The position numbers and the translations under genes are program-made. Below are positions 21,601 through 34,898 of a stretch of DNA of 41,821 bases, piece by piece. The notes under the pieces were generated by a model. That model was not told where the DNA came from and did no database searches. It saw nothing but the letters and a program-made list of their open reading frames with translations. The number at the start of each line of letters is the position of its first letter. The stretch's first letter is position 1. Source of the DNA: Gonapodya sp. JEL0774 (Eukaryota); assembly GCA_027604505.1 (NCBI GenBank), contig JADIIX010000167.1, forward strand, positions 1 through 41,821, in the 5' to 3' direction.

Positions 21601-24600
21601 GAAGGACGAGAAATGGAGGGAAGAGGCGTGGAGGGATGTCAGGTGCTCGGAAGGGGAACCTCCCGCCGAAGCATTTTCCGAGAGAATGGTTTGGCGTGGT
21701 GAGGGAGGCAAGGTACGCGAGAGTGTGGGTAACAATGAGCAAGTAGTGGACGATGTCGAGAAGGAAGGACAAGTGTCTCGACTAAATGGTGACATCGATA
21801 TTGATTCTGTTCTCGAGGACCACATGACGATACCTCAATTATCCGTGAATGACGCAGTCACTTTGGATGATCCAGAGTTTGGTATTGGCATCGAACCGGA
21901 TACGCAGGTAGATTGGGATCTGTTGAGTGTTGCTGCGGCATTTGAGGAAATCGTCGCAGTTGCAGCGGAATTATCGGCGAAGGGTCTGCGCATCGACGAA
22001 GATGGGTCGTTAGTACGTGAGGGTGAAAGGGCGTCATGGTATCAGGACGACGAGGAGGAGGACCCCCCACCATTGGACGATACCGGGGTTCCAACTCATG
22101 CGGGGTTCGCGGAGATTGCCCCCGCTTATGTTCCCAGTGGGGTCGTAGATGATGGGCTAGACGCAGGTGGAGTACAAGAGGACCACTTCACCAGTGAAGA
22201 CGACGACGGAAATGATAAGGTGCATCCCCTGCATTTTGATGATGAGCAGGAGGATGAGCACGGGGATGGTGAACTTGAATTGTTGGAGGTCGGACACTTG
22301 AACATTGATCATCCCCCAAACGTAATCACGGGTCTTGGGGAAGCTATCTCCCTTTCTGGAGAAGAGCATGTGTCGAGAGCCTACGAGATGGAGTTTGAGA
22401 GGAGCAAACGAGAGGTGGAGGAGATGGTGGAGGTTGCCGAGCGGTTGAGTGCGAAGGTGAGTTGTACCTGTTGGATGAAAATTGGGGGGAGGGAAACTCA
22501 CTTTGAACCCTTTCGGTTTGATGCGGTACTCGCATCGGTCCGGTGTGCAGATGCGAACTACGCTTGAGACCCTCGACGAGCGAATTCGTGTCGCCGACCA
22601 ATCAACTTATGACCAGCTTGCAAAGGAGGACGAGCGATGGGGGCAGAAGGCCAGGAACAAACAGAGGTGTGTATCAGAAGTGGACGTATGGAGATATCAT
22701 TGCTGACTATGGCCTTCGGATGACAGAAATACGGAGAGGACAGGCGGTTGCATATGTGGTTTAAGCCCAAAAGAGGTGAAGCCTGGCAAGCTTCCGAAGA
22801 CCATGGTGGATTGCCAGAACTTCGATGTGGGTACCATATCAACCCTTTGAGTTTTCGAAACTTTCAACGGGGCTATCTGATCTTCCCTTCTATCAGTGCA
22901 CGAACGGTCCGTTTCATCTCTCGTGCATTGGTCTCGCACAACAACCCCGAGGCCGCTGGTTTTGCACCTCTTGTCTGCTCCTCGGCCATGGCCAGCTCGG
23001 CAACGGCGTGACCGGGTTGCTGGAGTACGACCCTCGCGCAAGGGAGATTGATGAACCACCTCCGAGAATCGTCCCCCTAGTGGCTCCCTTGCCACCACCC
23101 CCAAAGTTTCTACAGCAAGCTGCGAGGCTAGTCCCATCTCTCGATAAGCCGTCGACGGGGAGGCCACTGGGAAGACCGCCCAAGTCCCTCAAGGGTATAG
23201 TGCCGCGGAAAGCTGGGACAATTGGGCCTGGAGTGTTGGTGGGCCGGAGGGAGGCTGCACCCGCTGCTCCGTCCGCGAGGGAGTTAAGGAGGCTGAGAAG
23301 AAAGACGATGGAAAGTGACGATATCGTCAGGGAGCCTGTGGCTGTGGATCCGGTTCCATCAGAACCACCAACAGAGACACCTGTAAACGACAGCCGACTT
23401 CGAATGAGAAGAGCAACGACACGTGGAGCGCCTACAAACTTGGAGAAGACACCAGTACGGCAACTTCCAGCGAGAAGGGCTGCTACTATGAATGGTGGAA
23501 TTACTTCCCGCTTGACCCAGGATGAGGGCGTTCGGGCTGAGCAATCGATTCCTGATGGGAGACCATCTCCAGGCAAACGACTCAAAAGGCTTACAATCCG
23601 GATTAACACTTCCTTGATCACACGTTCTCCCCTGGACACAGTCAATAATCAAACGGAAGGGAACACGATTTTCGTCGCTTCTAACGACGATCCGCGTGTC
23701 CCTGTAGCTGGTGGAGGAGTGTGCATGTCTCCTTCAACAATGGAGAGCGGGCAAGTGGGAGATGTGTTCGACTCAGTCCTGTCGGATGTCTCACGAGTTG
23801 CGACCGGAGACATGGAGGCGGACCGAGAGGTTGTGGGGATGAACGTCGGGGAACTTGCACGTGGTGAACCAGCAAATATATTTGAAGAAGGCGCAATAGC
23901 GATCAAGGGTGATCTTGGCAGTACTGCTGATTGTGATATGGATATAGCCGACGTTACTCCTGTGATTCCGGTTCGTATGGATGCGGACGAACAGTCTCCT
24001 CCAAGCACTTTGCACGACACCCCCCCTTATTCTGCCGCGACTGCTCCGTGTGACGACGCATCTCCCTTGACTCGAGACTCTTCACAGCTTCTCACTGCAG
24101 CTGTGACAATCACTCCTGCTCGCTCTGCTAGCCGTAGATCGTCCAACACGCAGACTGCTGTGGGTGATAGTGATCAAGGAGCCGGAGCGCCAACAGCCCC
24201 TCGAAAATGGAGTTCCGATACTAGCGGCAGTTTAAGAGTTGAACTCGAGCCGTGGCCGAGTGTGTCCAAGTCGCTTAAAATAACGTTTAAGCCTGCATTG
24301 GCGATGTCAGGGGCGATTGAGAAGCATCCACCAACTAGAAAAGTTGATGCACAGAGTCAGCAATCTGTTCCAACTAAAGGCGGTAAAGGCAACCTCGTGA
24401 TTACCTCCGCTGTCGCTCGGCAAGCCTCGGGTGATGTAGAGAGGTCTCTGAGTCTTCCCATCAAGAACACATTGGCGGAGAAGAATATGATTGGTGGAGC
24501 GGTCTATTCGGCCAAGTTGCGTGGATCAGTTCGTGAGGACCTCTCTGGCGAATCATCACGTGACAAGATCCTGGCGCCCGCTCCGTCGCAAAAAGTTCGA

Positions 24601-26154
24601 GGCAAATCGTGGAAGGATCGAGAATCCACGAATGATTTTGTGATTCTGCCCCATGAACTGTCGTCTAATGGTTTGAAAACATATTCTCTCAACCGGAATT
24701 CCCCGCGACACAATGGTCTAAGTTCTTCAACCCTTCCTCGTCGAAAGACGATAATTCCTGTATCGGATCGTGCAACACGGGCACAGAGCGCCGCGCTTTC
24801 CAAGGAGATAATTGACCAGGGAGACGCGGATGATGAGAGCGATGGGATGGGGAAAGTACGGAGCGGAGTGAAAGTGGCCAAGATTGGTCGAATCCGTGGC
24901 GCAACCAGCGGTGAAGGCAGTGGCGGGCTCTTCAAGGAGAAAGTAGGCCCACGAAGTGGTTTGCGGGGAAATCCAAGCGGAATCGTTAAACTCAATCGAG
25001 AAGCAGTATGTTCCAGTCGTCAGCGACCTGCTGCAGTCGCTTTGTCAACTGCATCGTACACTGAGGATGATGGTACCGAACCTTCGGAAGACGATTCTGG
25101 GTCCAACTCATTTGTGTCTGTTTCCGGTGGTCTGCGCTATTCGGAACCCACCATGCCACCTGGACGGCCTAATGTTGTGGGAGCTGCTGCATCTGTCGGA
25201 GCTCGATCACGGTCGATTCGTCCTGCTGGCTTCTACGCGCGACCCAAGCGTTCGGGCCCTACAACGAAATCAACGGTCATTTTCCGGCGTATCGTCAAAC
25301 TTGCGCCATCGCAGGAGACTCAACGAAGACCTCAACGGAAAGTCCCGACTGTGAGCAATTCTGGTACCTATGACGACTCAGGGGATGAAGGGGGCGGGTC
25401 CGTAGGTGATCCTAGTGACTCTGAGCCGGTCAGCAGCGAAGAGGCATCTGATGATGAAAATGTTGCCATCGGGAATGGAAAGAAACAACCCCAGGTTACC
25501 GTTGAAATTGCGTATCCCTCGCGGGATTCCAGCTTGCGGCGAAGTGCACGCCCTTCCAAGCGCCCTGTCGGTGAGCTATCTCTGGACGCAGGTCAGCAGA
25601 ATACCAAACGGCGACTACTTTCCCGAGATGTGGAGGTCCTGGTGCCCACTAAAACTCTTACCGGAAAAAGGATGCGAGAGGAAGAACCATTGGCTCAGGG
25701 TGGTGCCACAAAGCGCCTGCGAAGAACGTCTTCACGGCTGAAGCAGAACTTGAACTCATTCGACGAAACTTCGTTGGACCCCGAAGGTCAGGAACACACA
25801 AATGGCGGCGCACATGATGGTTTGGTCGAGCTTGCCAATGCGAATGCCTCCACATCTTTGAGATCGTCTTCGTCGCGGCAAGAAAAGGCTCGTCGGCCCA
25901 CTGTAAATAGCTCCTCGTCAGCTCCTCCCTCGGCAGAACCACCTCCTCACACAAGCAGCTCCATCAGCAAATGGTCCGACGCTTCGTCAGTCACGGATGA
26001 GGACCTTGTTTCGGACTATGAGGAGCAGCGTGTTGGGACGAAGGTCAATGGATGGCCCTCCGGGAATCTGGGAAAGAGAACAACGCTCAGAGTGACCGCC
26101 GTCAGGAGGGGTTGTGGGATACCAGGTGGAGTGAACGGGGATAGTCATTTGTAA
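18683..26154 (+). CDS. Very large, mostly disordered ING-like PHD-finger chromatin protein with AT-hook-like motifs (~2379 aa, 5 exons)
   Basis: Exons 18683-20870, 20979-22456, 22551-22666, 22727-22826, 22897-26154. Spliced PHD CICGLSPKEVKPGKLPKTMVDCQNFDCTNGPFHLSCIGLAQQPRGRWFCTSC preceded by a coiled coil. RGRGRPRGRPR and GRPPK motifs. An acceptor-like site at 18677 means further upstream exons are possible. Confidence 0.8.
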
Positions 26155-26310
26155 ATATTGCCTTTGTCAAATTCAATAATGACTTAGATCGAATTGACAT
26201 GTAAATCGTCTGCACTTGGTACATGTAACACAATCACACTCATGGTCACAAGCGGTTACATGCTATTGACAATCTGCGATCTGATAAGTTTATTGGTGAA
26301 TACAACATTA

Positions 26311-27498
26311 TTATGGATAGATTTCGTCGAAGGGCGCCGTATCTTTGAAACACGTATCGAACACTTCCTCCACCACACGTTCAGCGAACCCTGGCCTCGT
26401 ACAAAATGGATTTTGTCGGACAGAGAGAATGGCTCTTCGTTTGACGCAAGCCTGGTGATGAATTTGTGCATCAGACCAGTGATGAGCACTACTTTCAGCT
26501 CTCCGTTCGCTAAGCTCACTTGATGTCCTTTCGTAATCCCAAAGTGCCCCCTCCGAAACTCTCGAAGGAGCCCACATTCTGTTGAAAGGGAGCTTGCGCG
26601 GATCTCGGAGCAGGCGTATTGGCGACAGTTGGTCCAATCCACCCTCGTGGTGCAGTGATCGTAAGCGTGAATAAGCTCATGAGCGAGGGTTTCCTGTTGA
26701 TTAAAAATTCAAATTCTCGCTTCCCAGATTGATCAAATTTATCAAATTTGTTTCTCAATTTCCTTACCTCCACGTGTTTCTTATCAAAGAGGGAGTTTTG
26801 ACACAGAACTACACCGACTTCGGGGGAGAAGCCACCAGCTCTGGACTTATCGCACGGTGCACACTTGAAATGCTGCTTTGGATCAAATGGGCAACCTGCT
26901 TTGCCCAGATTCTGAATGAGAAAATGGAGGAGGGGGCCTAAATAAATGAGTTGAGAGGAAAGGATAGAGATCGCATCGCGAAAAGGCAAATATTTTGGAA
27001 TACGAAGGAAGCATTTAGGCGTAGTTGCTCAGATGAACTCGGCTGAAACTTTGACTTTTGTTGTCGCTACTCACTGTCCTTCACGACAATGTTCATCCAC
27101 TTTTCGCATCTCTCTCGTTGACTCAAATCACCAAGTTCAAGTTCACCGGGCTGAACATCGATTCTCTGCTCAGACCCATCCACGGTGGGGTATGAACCCC
27201 TTTGATCCGTAGAATGAGCGTCTCCGATTGCCGGTGGAGGTTTCATGAGCGATGCCACCAGCTCCGCTTGCGAGGATTGGGATTGATTGGGAAGAAGAGG
27301 AGAAGGCTCGGATGCCTTTGAAGGCCCGTAAATGAAAAACGACATGGAGTTCCGCCATCTGTAGAACGCAGGAGAAGGAACAACGTCGCGTGCTGGTGCG
27401 ATCTCCGCATGTCTATTGGAAGTTGTTGCAGGAGCCGATGGCGGGTTCGCGGTAGGATTAGATGGCGGTGATGCAGGGGAAAACATTTCGAATGACAT
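26311..27498 (-). CDS. ATP23: Mitochondrial inner-membrane metalloprotease Atp23 (peptidase M76), ~302 aa, 4 exons
   Basis: Exons 27498-27075, 26937-26768, 26693-26520, 26451-26311. Motifs AGGFSPEVGVVLCQN, ETLAHELIHAYDHC (HEXXH), ACSEIRASSLS, HQACVKRRAILSV, CFKDTAPFDEIY. Confidence 0.95.
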
Positions 27499-28613
27499 TA
27501 TGGGGTAGTGATGCTCCTGAAATCAAAAGTTCTGTGACGTGGAGAGCACCAGTAACATAAATAGCAACTCCAAGCTCTACAGAGACCAGCTTGTAGCGCA
27601 TATGAGCGAGACTTACAGCCTCTAGTGAATTCGAAATTGACTGTATCCTCAATCAAATCAATTCTGAAGCAGGTATTCGGAAACCCATATCGATAAAGAA
27701 AGCCACTGCTTCCTTAGTGCATGGAATTGCACAAACCCAGCGTTGTTTTTCGATTGATAACAACAGATGATATTCCAAGTAGTAACTACATGGTCTCACC
27801 AGTATAATTTATTGCATCATGATTATGTGGATCGTCTTACATTAGAATGCACTACAGTATGCAAAAAACACCATCTACCGCCGCGCTTCCGCCCACTCCG
27901 CAATCAGCCATGAGACTGACACGGAGACAAGCTCACGGACGTTACAATGCTGTAGATTCCCCGAGCATATTGCAAGAATACGCACCAGGCGAGAGGCAGC
28001 ACGCCAGTGGAATCTGCAAATGGGAGCCAGCAGCTGCGCTGCGCTACAACATGGCAACCTCCTTGTACGGCTGGAGGCCCGACTTTGCACCGCTCGAAGA
28101 CACTCGCGTTCCAAGGCACACCCCCGATCGAGCGCGCGGACCTGGGATCCCCCCCCCCGTGTCCGGATAGCGTTGGTGGACCACTAGCAGAATTCAGAGG
28201 GAGTTTTTGGCGTATGTCGTTCGGCCATGTCGACCAGGTCTCGGTGAGGAAAGGCGGTCTTGGCGGTCTTGAAGCAGCGCCCGTAGAGATCGTCGAAGGC
28301 CTAGCGAACAGAAGCAATTACCCAAATAGCGTTCGGAAAGGTTGATGGACGCTGACTACGGGTCTGCGCGGGTCCACGAACCTAGGTGAAGTCGATGATT
28401 GTTGTCAATGCGCACTTGGGGACTTATCTGTGTCATGAGACCCTTGACACCAATGTGGCACATTCTTTGTATTACAATGTACTTCGCATCTGATCATTCC
28501 GACGTGCCAGGGATCTCACAGGGTCGGAGAAGACCTTTGTTTGTGTAATCATTATCTTTTAGTGGTATCAGTTGTATGTTACATATACAGTAACCGACCT
28601 AGCCAGTCAGTGA

Positions 28614-31600
28614 TCAATCACGCATCGACTGGTCATACGAGCCGTACTTCTCCTCCCTCTTTTCCTGCTTCAAGCGGTCCACCATACTTCTATAATCCCG
28701 TTCTCCGACCGCCTTCCGCACCGTTTTCAGAACCAACGTCACTTTCTCCACGTCCCCGCGTTCAGCCAGCGCTCGCACGAGCATTTCCGCGATTTTGCGG
28801 TCCCGCGCATCAAACGTCTCTGGAACGTACCGCTTCCAGATCCCATACGCGCGGTCGAGACGGTCCTCCCATGTGTCCGAATTGATCATGGCCGCGACAC
28901 AGTGGGACATGACGTCTGCCCCACGCTGGCCCTGCCCAGCGGCCAAGTCCGGGTCCGGTGTCAGTGCCATGGTGCGCTCCCACGACTCCGCAACTCGTTC
29001 AGCCCACTCTCCGTCGCGAGCTTCGAAAGCAGCTTGTGCCATGGTCACGTGGAACGTCTCGTCTGGTGCCTTCACCACACCGTCCCACATTCCACCAGGT
29101 TGGGCTTTCTCCAAGACACGGTATGCTTCTTCGACAGATCGGTGATTGAGTTGGAGCAGGACAGCGAGAGAGAGAACCGACGATGGCATCGGGGCGTCGT
29201 GCGCAGGTGCTTGGGCAGCATCCGCCAACACCACGCGAGCTGGGTCAAGACCGGACGTCTTGTACGCTGCAGCGGCCCGGTCCAGAGCAATGAGATACTC
29301 TTCGTCACTTTGTGCGAATTCTCTGGCCGCTTTGGCGACATGACTGAGTAACCCATCCGGCGTGGTCGAATTATTGCGGCTGATGAGACAAAGGTAAGCG
29401 AGAACATGTGACCAGTCGGGTCGAGGCGGGGCGCGGAGAAATGACAAGAGGATTGGTTGATGGACCGATTCGGGGATGGGTGCCGAGGTGTTCTTGTACC
29501 AATGCTCGATCAAAGTCGTCGAGAATTTACCCAAACCTTTTCGAGCTGAAAAATCTGCAAGCTTCTTGAAAGTACTCTTTAGATAGGTGGGAGTTTGTGA
29601 TTTTTATCAGTATATTTTTTGTTGTTGTTGTTGTTGTTGTTTTGTTTTGTTTTGTTTTCGCGTGAATAATGGTAAGTAAGTCAAACCAGTCTTGCGTGCT
29701 GCTTTCGCGACTCCACCTACCTCCGACACCGCCCCCGCCACGTCGGTTTCCCAAACCCTGAGCACCACATCCACCAAATCATTCGCCGCCATCCGTCCCA
29801 ACGCCATCTCCACCATCTCCTTCCTCGCTGTCCAGTCCCAGTGCCGCGTCCACGACAGAGCCCGCAGCGCCATCATCGAGAGCGTTCCCTTGGCGTCTGT
29901 GTCGTCGTCGTGGGTCTCGCTCGTAGAGGATTGCACATCCCGTCGTGGTGGTTCTGGACCGAGCGACGGCAGTGGGGTGGTGGTGGTGGTGATGGGATCG
30001 CCGAGTGGGTCTGGAAACAGCCCCGGCATGAGATCCGCCGGCAAGAGTGCCTCTGGCGTGAGTGCGGCCGACTGTGTTGGTGACAGAACCGCCGCTGCTG
30101 TCCGGTGTACCGGTGTCGTAGGTGCAGCTGCAGCCGTGTGCGCCGGTGCCGGTGCCGCCGGCGTGAGTGCCGATACGAGATGCAGCACGGGCACTCTGAG
30201 CGTGGGGTGGATCCTTCCAGCACCTGCACCAGGACCACCGTTCTCGTGCTCGTGCTCGTGCTGAGCGCTGTTGTTGACAGATTCTGATTCGACAAGGGAA
30301 GCGAGTTGGTCGAAGGAGGACTGGAGGAACTCGAGATGGAACGAGGAAGGAAGGGTGGGCATAGGCATGGGCATGGGCATTGGCAGGGGCGGGTCCGGGT
30401 CCTGTTCCCGTCGTCGGTCCTCCGCCGCCGAATAATTGTACCGGTACTTTTCGTTGTAGTTGGCTTCCGCCCCGTCTTTCGCGGCCTCTTGTACCAGCCC
30501 GACCACATCGTAGATTGCGTACAGCGGGTCACCACCGTGGTCGTGGTCGGGTGGGAGACCGGCGAGGATGTCGTGGAGGGTGGTGACGTCGAGGTTTGGA
30601 AGACAGGCCTGGGATCCACCACATGAACAGAGAGAGCGGAGCGCGCGCGCATTGTTAATTCATCACATCACCACACGACTGCTTGTCCTTGTCCTCGTCC
30701 TTCCTTGTCCATCCAAACCAACCCACAATACCTCTCTCTCTCGTCCACTTGCCGACCCCACCAACCGAACCGGCCGGACTCACCTCGGCGGCCAACCTCA
30801 CATGCTCCCGGCCCACCCTCACGCCCGCCTCGTTCTTTTTCTCGGCCACTTGAGCCTCCTGCAACACACTGGCGGCCGTCCGCGAGTGGCCCAGCACTCG
30901 ACAAGCCAAAAGGACTGCGTCGTAGTGGTCTTGGGTGGGCGTGGAGGGGTACAGGGGATGGTGGGTGCTTGGTGACGTGGCAAGAGAGGGGACGCGCTCT
31001 GACGGTGTAAGTGTGTGTGTAGGCGAGCAGGAGGGGGGGGGGCGAAGTTGGGGGATGGTGTAGGAATGGGCCCAACGCGATGTCGCAGGCGAGAGAGAGC
31101 ATAATTTGGGGTAGGGAGAGATGTGTGTGTGGAACGGTGTTGGAACGGCCCACCCACCACCCACCACGACGTGCGACGTGACAGGGGAAGAGATCCGTCG
31201 TTCAAACAAAGGTCAAACGAAATTGAAAGTCATCTAGCCAACAACGCTCGATATGGGCCTGGACCGCTCGCTCACCTTTTTGAAACATGTCGAAGAAACT
31301 ATCGAAATCGTCCAACCGGCCGGCGCCGGCCGCCGCACCCGCCGCACTACCACCACCACCTCTCGCACCAGCACCCGCACCCGCCCCTGCCCCTGCCCCA
31401 TCCGCGGCGAACGCACACTCCCAGTTCCACACGATATGCCTAGCCAGCTGAATGGCTCTCTCCTCCGGAGTTCTGAGGACGCGCCTGTTTCGAATGAGCA
31501 TGACCAAAGGGTTGGAGGTGCGAAAGGCGGTGCCGAGCTCGGGGAGCAACGAGCTGGCGCGGAGTTCGCGGTAGGAGCACAAGATGTGGTACAGGTGGTA

Positions 31601-32203
31601 ACCGCGGACTTGGGCGGCTTTGTGTGGGTCCAGAGCGGGGGGGGCCAGGTTGTCGGGTTCCATGTCCTCGTCCTCGTCCTCGTTCATGGCCCTCAACAAC
31701 TGTGTGTCTGAGGAGGAGGAGGCGGCGGCTCCTGGACTTGTCCTTGTTGTTGTCCCCTTGAACAAGTCGCCGAGATCCAGACCAATCATGCTTCGCATTC
31801 CGTGCCTGGTGGTCTTTTTTTTGGGTTGAGCGTGTTTGAGGGGATACTGGGCCAACATCAAATGACTCCTTAGGGGACTGGCAGTGTCGAGGGTTATGGG
31901 TGCAGTAGAAAACAGGGAGGGAGGGACGTAAGCATCAGGATGAGAGTTGGTGGTGGTGGGTTGAGCATGGGAGGTTGGGTGCGGTGGTGGAAGGAGGGGG
32001 GGGGGTGAGGTGGGGGGATTGGAAGGCGGGGACGGGGACGAGGAGGAGGAGAAGGAGGCGGGAGATGGGATTTGGGGATGTGATTGGAGTGAGTTGAACA
32101 AGGTGGGGAGAGAGGTTGAGTCGCGATATTTGCGATACGAAGATTGAGGGAGAGAGGAAGGGATGGCAGGGAAGGCAGGGTGGAGAGAGCGCAGTTTTGA
32201 CAT
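28614..32203 (-). CDS. Uncharacterised alpha-helical-repeat protein, possibly divergent PPR-like (~974 aa, 4 exons)
   Basis: Phase-consistent exons 32203-31276, 30929-30784, 30608-29721, 29576-28614. Helix-pair segments such as SVEEAYRVLEKA...APDETFHVTMAQAAFEARDGEWAERVAE and EMLVRALAERGDVEKVTLVLK. The function is a guess. Confidence 0.65.
29619..29658. repeat. Compound microsatellite (GTT)n/(GTTTT)n inside an intron
   Basis: Directly visible; lies in predicted intron 29720-29577. Confidence 0.9.
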
Positions 32204-32584
32204 TTTTGAGGGAGAGGAAGAAAAAAAGAGGGAGAGAAGAGGGGATGGGGGGATGGGTGGATGGGTGGGTCTGGGTTGTCTGCGTGGTCTGCGTGGTCTG
32301 GGTGGTATGGTCGGCCCAGGTTGTGAAATCAATGTGGATTGAAGCTGTGGCCCCCTCGAGCACTGAACAGGAAATCAAGGTGGAGACCCCCGGGAGCAGG
32401 CGAGGTGGACACGTCTCTATGTTATGGATGCAATGTACAATACCGAGACTTGATAATCAATTTACAATGACCGTGTTTCAGACCCTCATGACGGGGTTTG
32501 GAAGGACCACAGCATGACGTGGTCACAGCAACCACCGAAAACCGCAAACCAACAACATCACCCAATCCAATCGGAAACCCCATC

Positions 32585-34229
32585 ATGGCAAACACACGGG
32601 ACGTCCAACTCATCGAAGCGGTTGAAGACGGGCAGGCACCGCGGGTCCGACAGCTGTTGCGCGAAGGGGCAAACCCGAACGCGCGGAAGCGGGTCACACT
32701 GACATGCACGACGATCAACGGGCAGACGAAAACCGAAACTGTGGAATGCGAATCCGTGCTGGCTTTCGGCATCCTGCATGTGCATGAGGAAGTTGTGAAG
32801 GCGTTGCTGGAAGGAGGCGCCGATCCCAACGGGGCGTGTGAATGGAAACGCGCATACTGGAGTGACTGGATGGGTCCGTGCAATGCAGACAATTGGAGCA
32901 GGATGCGTTGGATCGCAACGTATTTGTTCCCTTCTGCCCTGACGCTGGCGGTGGTGCGCGGTGGGACGAGGACGTGGTACGACAACACCACAATCGTTCT
33001 ACCAGACTCTGACAACCAACTCTCCATCAGTTTCAAGGGCGGCAACATCCAGCTGAGAAATCCCAGGGTTTTTCAGGACGTGTCCATCTCGTACTTCACT
33101 CTACGTCCTTCCCTCCCCATCGTCCGCCTCCTCCTCTCTCACGGTGCTGCGGTCACGCAGAGGGAGCTTGACGCCGCTCTCAAACAGCCAGATGTACGTT
33201 TCTTGCAAGCCCTCCAACACCATCAATCCCACCCTCCCACTCCAGTTCGACCTCTGGGCGGCCGCCCCCAACCCTTTTCTCCACCTACCACAGCACCTTC
33301 CTCATCTTCTCAACCCACTACTGAAGCCCTTCTATCCCTCCTTGCCAACAAGGATAGGGTGAATCAGGAGCTGCAGGCTGAAGTAGATCGACTCAAGGCG
33401 CGCAACGAGGAGCTTTCTGTGAGGACGGCAAAAGCTGAAAGTAAGGCAGACGAAGTGCAGAGGAGGAACTTGGACCTCGCAGCACGGAATACAACTCTGG
33501 AATCAGGAATCCAGGACCTCCAATCTGAAAACCGCGCCCTCTCCACAGAAACCCGCACTCTTTCAACAGAGAACCGCACCCTCTCGACCAAAAACGCAAC
33601 CCTGGAACGTGAGGTTGGGACCCTCCGCACGCAGCTTGCGTCCCTCCCACCTTCTCCTCCACCTCGTGAACCCCAACCACCCATCACAGTTCAGCGGCTC
33701 ATGTACGCCGTTGCAGACTTTGAAGCACAGGACACGGACGAATTCAACATCACAGTAGGGGACGCCATTTTCGTGAACTTGGAGTTCGCAGACGGGTGGG
33801 GATCGGTGAGTGCAACGTTGTTTGTTCGTCTCCATGTACCGTTTTGTCCGCAATCTTTCCCTGCATTGATCATGTATAACCAACTGCCGCGGCCCACGCA
33901 CTTCCCGCTCTTCATTTTAGGGACTGAACACCCGTACAAGTACCTCTGGCGCGTTCCCTATGGCCTGCGTCAGTGACACCCGCGACCGGCCTGTCCCCTC
34001 CCAACTCCCACTCAACCCACCCTCCTTCACCCTCCGCTACGACTCCCGCTCAACCCTCACCCTCGGCCCCACTCCTCCCCCCTCCTCCAACCCGTTCCGC
34101 CCTGTTCCCACCGCACCACCAACGTCCCAGTACTACCGAGACGTCGCAGGCCCGCCTCAACGGCCCACGTACCACCACACCGGACCGTCGCCACCACCTT
34201 CAGGCACGCGCGCGGGGTGTGGAGTCTAA
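32585..34229 (+). CDS. Ankyrin-like repeats + coiled coil + SH3 protein (~509 aa, 2 exons)
   Basis: Exons 32585-33805 and 33921-34229. Ankyrin-like LIEAVEDGQAPRVRQLLREGANPN, HEEVVKALLEGGADPN, IVRLLLSHGAAV; heptad region with 21-bp repeats (ENRALST/ETRTLST/ENRTLST); SH3 MYAVADFEAQDTDEFNITVGDAIFVNLEFADGWGSGLNTRTSTSGAFPMACV. Confidence 0.85.
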
Positions 34230-34898
34230 GGGGGACGGTGGGTACAGTGTGGGAGGAAGTGAGGTAGCTGGGAGTTTTGGTGGAGGGGTTAGGGCTGCGC
34301 GTACGGAAACTGGGAGTGGGAGTGGGAGTGGGAGGATGGGAACCGAGACAGAGGTGCTTGGAGCAGGAGGGGGGGCACGAGTGGGGCAGGGAAGGTGAAC
34401 ACTGAACAGTGGGACACTGGGAGAGGTGGAGTTGTCATATGGTAGTTTGGAAAAGTGAGTTCTCTACGTTTCTTTGTTTTACATTTGTCTTCTTCGTAGT
34501 GTCGTTACGAGTTCCAGAGAGTCCTTTTTTGGGGTATCTATTTTGTGGTAAAATAAATTTTGAGTAAGCTTTACAAATTTATGTCCCGTCAGAGCCCTTT
34601 TCTCTTATTCGGAGACGACGAGAGGAAATGTCGTGTGGAATCTTTGTTGGGTCGTTTCGTTTCTGGTGCTCTGGCTCCGGAATCCTGCACACCAAACCCT
34701 CTTAGGATGTCCTCAATCCACCTTTTCCCTCTCAACGAATCGTAATCGTATTGCATAAAACAGAAATCAAATCCTCCATTCACCTAAAAAGAAAAAAGAA
34801 ACAACCCAAGACCTCGCCACCGTCTTATACACATGCACTGTCCCTGCTCCTAAATCCTCCTACCCCCCTCCCCATCACACCTCCCCCGCACCTTGCGC

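Noticed and set aside
27847..28345. Two overlapping + strand ORFs joined around a poly-C run
   Set aside because: No recognisable family; cannot tell a small gene from chance ORFs.
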